Source: the human T2T-CHM13v2.0 reference genome, Homo sapiens. From it: 64,000 nucleotides of DNA. Shown one piece after another: positions 57,301 to 64,000 of this stretch (position 1 is its first letter; every line of letters starts with the position of its first letter). Under the pieces are notes generated by a model. It was not told the origin of the DNA, did no database searches, and saw only the letters and a list, made by a program, of their open reading frames with translations. The DNA is taken from assembly GCF_009914755.1 (NCBI RefSeq), contig NC_060933.1, one strand, 5' to 3'. Position numbers and translations under genes: made by a program.

Positions 57301-60194
57301 TCCATTGCATTCCATTCCATTCCATTCCATTGCAATCCATTGCATTCCATTCCATTACATTCGGATTGATTCTATTCAACTCCCTTACTCTCCATTACAT
57401 TCCATTCCATTCGGGTTGTTCCATTCCATTCCATTCCATTCCACTCCATTCCATTGCACTCGGGTTGATTCCATTCCATTCCATTCCATTCCATTCCATT
57501 CCATTCCGGATGATTCCATTCCACTGCATTCCGTTCCATTACATTCCCCTGCACTCGCGTTGATTCCATTCCATTCCATTCCATTCCATTCCATTCCATT
57601 CCGTTCCGTTCCATTCCATTCCATTCCATTCTATTTGGGTTAATTCCATTCCATTCCATTCGATTGCAATCGAGTTGATTCCATTCCATTCCATTCCATT
57701 CCATTCCATTCCATTCCATTCCTTTCCATTACATTACGGATGATTCCATTCCATTGCATTCCATTCCATTCCATTCCCCTGTACTCAGGTTGATTCCATT
57801 CCATTCCATTCCAATCCATGCCATTCCACTCGTATTGATTCCATTGTTTCCATTCCATTCAAGTTGAATCCATTCCATTGCATTACATTCCATTCGATTC
57901 CATTCGATTGCACTCGGGTTGATTCCATTCCATTGCATTCCATTCCATTCCATTCCATTCCATTCCATTCCATTCCATTCCGTTCCATTCCATTCCATTA
58001 CATTCGGATTGATTCTATTCAATTCCCTTACACTCCATTACATTCCATTCCTTTCGGGTAGTTTCCATTCCATTCCATTCCATTCCTCTCCATTCCATTG
58101 CACTCGGGTTGATTCCATTCCATTGCATTCCATTCCATACCATTCAATTCCATTCCGTTCCATTCCATTCCATTACATTCGGATTGATTCTATTCAACTC
58201 CCTTACTCTCCATTACATTCGATTCCATTCGGGTTGTTCCATTCCATTCCATTCCATTCCACTCCATTCCATTGCACTCAGGTTGATTCCATTCAATTCC
58301 ATTCCATTGCATTCCATTCCATTCCATTCCATTCCGGAAGATTCCATTCCATTGCATTCCATTCCATTCCATTCCCCTGCACTCACGTTGATTTCATTCC
58401 ATTCCATTCCATTCCATTCCATTTCATTCCATTCAATTCCTTTCCATTCCATTCCATTCCATTCCATTCCATTCCATTCCATTCCGTTCCGTTCTGTTCC
58501 ATTCCATTCCATTCCATTCTATTCGGGTTAATTCCATTCCATTCCATTCCATTGCAATCGAGGTGATTCCATGCCATTCCATTCCATTCCATTCCATGCC
58601 TTTCCATTCCATTACGGATGATTCCATTCCATTGAATTCCATTCCATTCCTTTCCCCTGTACTCGGGTTGATTCCATTCCATTCCATTCCAATCCATGCC
58701 ATTCCACTCGTGTTGATTCCATTCTTTCCATTCCATTCAAGTTGAATCCATTCCATTGCTTTCCATTCCATTCCATTCCCCTGTAGTCGGGTTGATTCCA
58801 TTCCATTCCATTCCATTCCATTCCATTCCATTCCATTCCGTTCCGTTCCGTTCCGTTCCGTTCCATTCCATTCCATTCCATTCTATTCGGGTTAATTCCA
58901 TTCCATTCCATTCCATTCCATTCCATTCCATTCCATTCCAATCGAGTTGATTCCATTCCATTCCATTCCATTCCATTCCACTCCATTCCAGTACTTTCCA
59001 TTCCATTCCACTCGGGATGATTCCAATGTATTCCTTTCCATTCCATTCCATTCCATTGCAATCGAGTTGATTCCATTGCTTTGCATTCCATTCCATTCCA
59101 TTCCATTCCATTCCGGATGACTCCATTCCATTGCATTCCATTCCATTGCATTCCCCTGCACTCGGGTTGATTCCATTCCGTTCCACTCCATTCCGTTGCA
59201 TTCCATTCCATTCCATTGTATTCGGGTTAATTCCATTCCATTCCATTCCATTCCATTCCATTCCAATCGAGTTGATTCCATTCCATTCCATTCCATTCCA
59301 TTCCATTCCATTCCATTCCAGTCCTTTCCATTGCATTCCACTCGGGTTGATTCCATTCTATTAGTTTCCATTCCTTTCCATTCCCTTCCATTCCACTCTG
59401 GTTGATTCCATTCCTTTCCATTCCACTCGAATACATTCCCTCCTATTCCACTCGGAACGATTCCATTCCATTTCATTCCGTTCCATTCCATTCCATTCCA
59501 TTCCATTCCATTTCGTTCCATTGCATTCTATTCCGTATCATTCCATTCCATTCCTTTCCATTCCATTCCATTCCATTCCATTCCACTCGTGTTGATTCCA
59601 TTCCTTTCCATTCCATTCGGTTTGAAGGCTTTCCATTCCATTCCATTCCATTCCATTCCATTCCATTCCACTCCATTGTACTCGGGTTGATTCCATTCCA
59701 TTGCATTCCATTCCATTCCATTCCATTCCAATCCGTTGCATTCCATTCCATTACATTCGGATTGATTCTATTCAACTCCCTTACTCTCCATTACATTCCA
59801 TTCCATTCGGGTTGTTCCATTCCATTCCATTCCATTCCACTCCATTCCATTGCACTCGGGTTGATTCCATTCCATTCCATTCCATTCCATTCCATTCCGT
59901 ATGATTCCATTCCATTGCATTCCGTTCCATTACATTCCCCTGCACTCGCGTTGATTCCATTCCATTCCATTCCATTCCATTCCATTCAATTCCATTCCAT
60001 TACAATTCGTTCCATTCAATTCTATTCCGTACCATTCCATTCCATTCCATACCATTCCATTCCATTCCATTCCATTCCATTCCATTCCATTCCATTCCGT
60101 TCCATTCCGTTCCATTCCATTCCATTCCATTCTATTCGGGTTAATTCCATTCCATTCCATTCAATTCCATTCCATTCCATTCCAATCTATTCCA

Positions 60195-60295
60195 TTCCAT
60201 TGCAATCGAGTTGAATCCATTGCATTTCATTCCATTCCATTCCATTCCATTGCAATCGAGTTGAATCCATTGCATTTCATTCCATTCCATTCCAT
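60195..60295. repeat. Tandem duplication, 50-bp unit x2
   Basis: tgcaatcgagttgaatccattgcatttcat at 60201 and 60251. Confidence 0.85.
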
Positions 60296-63200
60296 TCCAT
60301 TCCATTCCATTCCATTCCGGAAGATTCCATTCCATTGCATTCCATTCCATTCCATTCCCCTGCACTCGCGTTGATTCCTTTCCATTCCATTCCATTCCAT
60401 TCCATTCCATTCCGTTCCGTTCCGTTCCATTTCATTCCATTCCATTCCATTCCATTCCGTTCCGTTCCATTCCATTCCATTCCATTCTATTCGGGTTAAT
60501 TCCATTCCTTTCCATTCGATTGCAATCGAGTTGATTCCATTCCATTCCATTCCATTCCATTCCATTCCATTCCATTCCAATCGAGTTGATTGCATTCCAT
60601 TCCATTCCATTCCATTCCACTCCATTCCAGTCCTTTCCATTCCATTCCACTCGGGTTGATTCCATTCTATTCCTTTCCATTCCATTCCATTCCATTGCAA
60701 TCGAGTTGATTCAATTGCTTTGCATTCCATTCCATTCCATTCCATTCCGGATGATTCCATTCCATTGCATTCCATTCCATTCCATTCCCCTGCACTCGGG
60801 TTGATTCCATTCCATTCCACTCCATTCCGTTCCATTCCATTCCATTCCATTTTATTCGGGTTAATTCCATTCCATGCCATTCCATTCCATTCCATTCCAT
60901 TCCATTCCATTCCATTCCATTCTATTAAAATCGAGTTGATTCCATTCCATTCCATTCCATTCCATTCCATTCCATTCCAGTCCTTTCCATTCCATTCCAC
61001 TCGGGTTGATTCCATTCTATTAGTTTCCATTCCATTCCATTCCCTTCCATTCCACTCTGGTTGATTCCATTCCTTTCCATTCCAATCGAATACATTCCCT
61101 CCTATTCCACTCGGATCGATTCCATTCCATTCCATTCCATTCCATTCCATTCCATTCCATTCCATTCCATTCCATTCCATTTCGTTCCATTCCATTCTAT
61201 TCCGTACCATTCCATTCCATTCCATTCCTTTCCATTCCATTCCATTCCATTCCACTCTTGTTGATTCCATTCCTTTCCATTCCATTCGGTTTGAAGTCAT
61301 TCCATTCCATTCAATTCCATTCCATACCATTCTATTCCATTCCATTCCATTCCATTGTACTCGGGTTGATTCCATTCCATTCCATTCCATTCCATTCCAT
61401 TCCATTCCATTCCATTCCGTTGCATTCCATTCCATTACATTCGGACTGATTCTATTCAACTCCCTTACTCTCCATTACATTCCATTCCATTCGGGTTGTT
61501 CCATTCCATTCCATTCCATTCCACTCCATTCCATTGCACTCGGGTTGATTCCATTCCATTCCATTCCATACCATTCCATTCCATTCCATTCCATTCCATT
61601 CCGTTCCATTCCGTTCCATTCCATTCCATTCCATTCTATTCGGGTTAATTCCATTCCATTCCATTCCATTCCATTCTATTGCATTCCATTGCAATCGAGT
61701 TGAATCCATTGCATTTCATGCCATTCCATTCCATTCCATTCCATTCCGGAAGTTTCCATTCCATTGCATTCCATACCATTCCATTTCCCTGCACTCGCGT
61801 TGATTCCATTCCATTCCATTCCATTCCATTCCATTCCGTTCCGTTCCGTTCCATTCCATTCTATTCCATTCCATTGCATTCCATTCCGTTCCGTTCCATT
61901 CCATTCCATTCCATTCTATTTGGGTTAATTCCATTCCATTCCATTCGATTGCAATCGAGTTGATTCCATTCCATTCCATTCCATTCCATTCCATTCCATT
62001 CCATTCCTTTCCATTACATTACGGATGATTCCATTCCATTGCATTCCATTCCATTCCATTCCCCTGTACTCGGGTTGATTCCATTCCATTCCATTCCAAT
62101 CCATGCCATTCCACTCGTATTGATTCCATTCTTTCCATTCCATTCAAGTAGAATCCATTCCATTGCATTCCATTACATTCGATTCCATTCGATTGCACTC
62201 GGGTTGATTCCATTCCATTGTATTCCATTCCATTCCATTCCATTCCATTCCATTCCATTCCATTCCGTTCCAATCCATTCCATTACATTCGGATTGATTC
62301 TATTCAATTCCCTTACACTCCATTACATTCCATTCCATTCGGGTAGTTTCCATTCCATTCCATTCCATTCCTCTCCATTCCATTGCACTCGGGTTGATTC
62401 CATTCCATTGCATTCCATTCGATACCATTCAATTCCATTCCGTTCCATTCCATTCCATTACATTCGGATTGATTCTATTCAACTCCCTTACTCTCCATTA
62501 CATTCGATTCCATTCGGGTTGTTCCATTCCATTCCATTCCATTCCTCTCCATTCCATTGCACTCGGGTTGATTCCATTCCATTCCATTCCATTCCGGAAG
62601 ATTCCATTCCATTGCATTCCTTTAAATTCCATTCCCCTGTACTCGCGTTGATTCCATTCCATTCCATTCCATTCCTTTGCATTCCATTGCATTCCATTGC
62701 ATTCCATTCCCCTGCACTCAGGTTGATTCCATTCCATTCCATTCCATTCCATTCCATTCTATTCGCGTTAATTCCATTCCACTCCATTCCATTACATTCC
62801 ATTGCAATCGACTTGATTCCATTCCATTCCATTCCTTTCCATTCCATTCCATTCCATTCCCTTCCATTCCACTCTGGTTGATTCAATTCCTTTCCATTCT
62901 ACTCGATTGCATTCCCTTCTATTCCACTCGGATTGATTCCATTCCATTCCGTTCCATTCCATTCCATTTCGTTCCATTCCATTCTATTCCATTCCATTCC
63001 ATTCCATTCCTTTCCATTCCATTCCGTTCCATTCCATTCCATTCCATTCCATTTCTTTCCATTCCATTCTATTCCATACCATTCCATTCCATTCCGTTCC
63101 ATGCCATTCCACTCGGGTTGATTCCATTGCTTTCCATTCCATTTGGGTTGAATCCATTCCATTCCATTCCATTCCATTCCATTCCATTCCGTTCCATTCC

Positions 63201-64000
63201 ATTCCATTACATTCGTATTGATTGTATTCAATTCCCTTACACTCCATTACATTCCATTCCATTCGGGTTGTTTCCATTCCATTCCATTCCATTCCACTCC
63301 ATTCCATTGCAGTCGGGTTGAATCCAATCCATTCCATTCCATTCCCTTCCATTCCATTTCGTTCCATTCCATTCTATTCCATACCATTCCATTCCATTCC
63401 ATTCCATTCCGTTCCATGCCATTCCACTCGGGTTGATTCCTTTCCATTCCATTCCATTCGGGTTGAAACCATTCCATTCCATTCAATTCTATTCCATTTC
63501 GGATGATTGCATTCCATTGCCTTCCATTCAATTGCATTCCCCTGCACCCGGGTTGATTCCATTCAATTCCATTCCATTCCATTCCGTTCCATTCCATTCC
63601 ATACCATTCCATTCCATTCCATTCCATTCTATTTGGGTTAATTCCATTCCATTCCATTCCATTCCATTCAGTTTCATTGCAATCGGGTTGATTCCATTCC
63701 GTTCCATTCCATTGCATTCCATTCCATTCCATTCCATTCCATTCCATTCCATTCCATTCCATTCAACTCGGGTTGATTCCATTCCTTTCCATTCCATTCG
63801 GGGTGAAGCCTTTCCATTCCATTCCATTCCTTTCGATTCCATTCCATTGCACTCGGGTTGATCCCATTCCTTTGCATTCCATTCCATTCCATTCCATTCC
63901 ATTCCTTTCCATTCCATTCCGTTCCATTCAATTCCATTACATTCGGATTGATTCTATTCAATTCCCTTACAATCCATCACATTCCATTCCATTCGGGTTG

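Larger units (their letters stand above)
10151..64000 (-). repeat. Satellite III (HSat3) array, inverted orientation ((CATTC)n on +)
   Basis: (ATTCC)n with the reverse complements of the same modules (ACTCGGGTTG, ATTCGGGTTA, ACTCGCGTTG, AATCGAGTTG). No further strand switch or non-satellite insert seen up to the right edge. Confidence 0.97.

Noticed and set aside
2-63961. Hundreds of ORFs of up to ~410 aa (e.g. 60227-61459, 47836-49047, 8414-9475)
   Set aside because: (GGAAT)n has no stop codon in any frame and supplies an ATG every 5 bp. ORFs overlap in all six frames, encode only MEWNG/IPFHS permutations, and are frameshifted freely by pentamer indels between duplicated copies.
1-64000. 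CRISPR-like appearance (conserved words separated by variable-length stretches)
   Set aside because: The intervening sequences are pentamer runs, not unique spacers. There is no leader and no cas gene.
1-64000. Pentapeptide-repeat, ice-nucleation or surface-protein interpretation of MEWNG repeats
   Set aside because: The periodicity is at DNA level (5 bp), with no synonymous-site pattern, no unique terminal domains and no preferred frame.
1-64000. Assignment to HSat2, DYZ1 or a specific chromosome; telomeric or alpha-satellite sequence
   Set aside because: Long pure pentamer runs and CAACCCGAGT decamers indicate HSat3 rather than HSat2. There is no regular ~3.6-kb DYZ1-type unit, TTAGGG tract or 171-bp monomer. 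The chromosome cannot be called without alignment.
1-64000. DUX4 sites (TAAYBBAATCA) at the many AATCA words
   Set aside because: AATCA is preceded by GGAATGG or GAATAG rather than a correctly spaced TAA, so I could not find the consensus by eye.
1-64000. Alu, L1 or other non-satellite insertions
   Set aside because: No poly-A tract or unique sequence longer than ~25 bp was seen. All interruptions are recurring satellite modules.

Overview
The whole 64 kb is human/great-ape classical satellite III (HSat3): (GGAAT)n pentamers interrupted by the diagnostic CAACCCGA(G/A)T-type decamers and related CpG-bearing modules. I see no genes, RNA genes, transposon insertions or CRISPR. Every ORF in the track (MEWNG.../IPFHS...) is a translation artefact of the 5-bp repeat. 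The real structure is architectural. (1) A single strand inversion at ~10,147-10,150 puts GGAAT on + to the left and on - to the right, and a 72-bp inverted repeat with a 140-bp spacer brackets it. (2) The variant modules follow a ~0.85-kb cycle. (3) Nested tandem duplications of ~6.6, ~2.79, ~1.86 and ~1.28 kb and of 50-195 bp are present, and two can be ordered in time. (4) About 40 copies of one module, GGAAT-CTTCC-GGAAT, are perfect three-unit heat-shock elements set in a dense background of TEAD-type CATTCC motifs. (5) The array is more diverged towards the right end. I find no support for a novel protein-coding system. All coordinates and counts were read by eye; duplication ends are approximate because breakpoints fall in shared repeat sequence.
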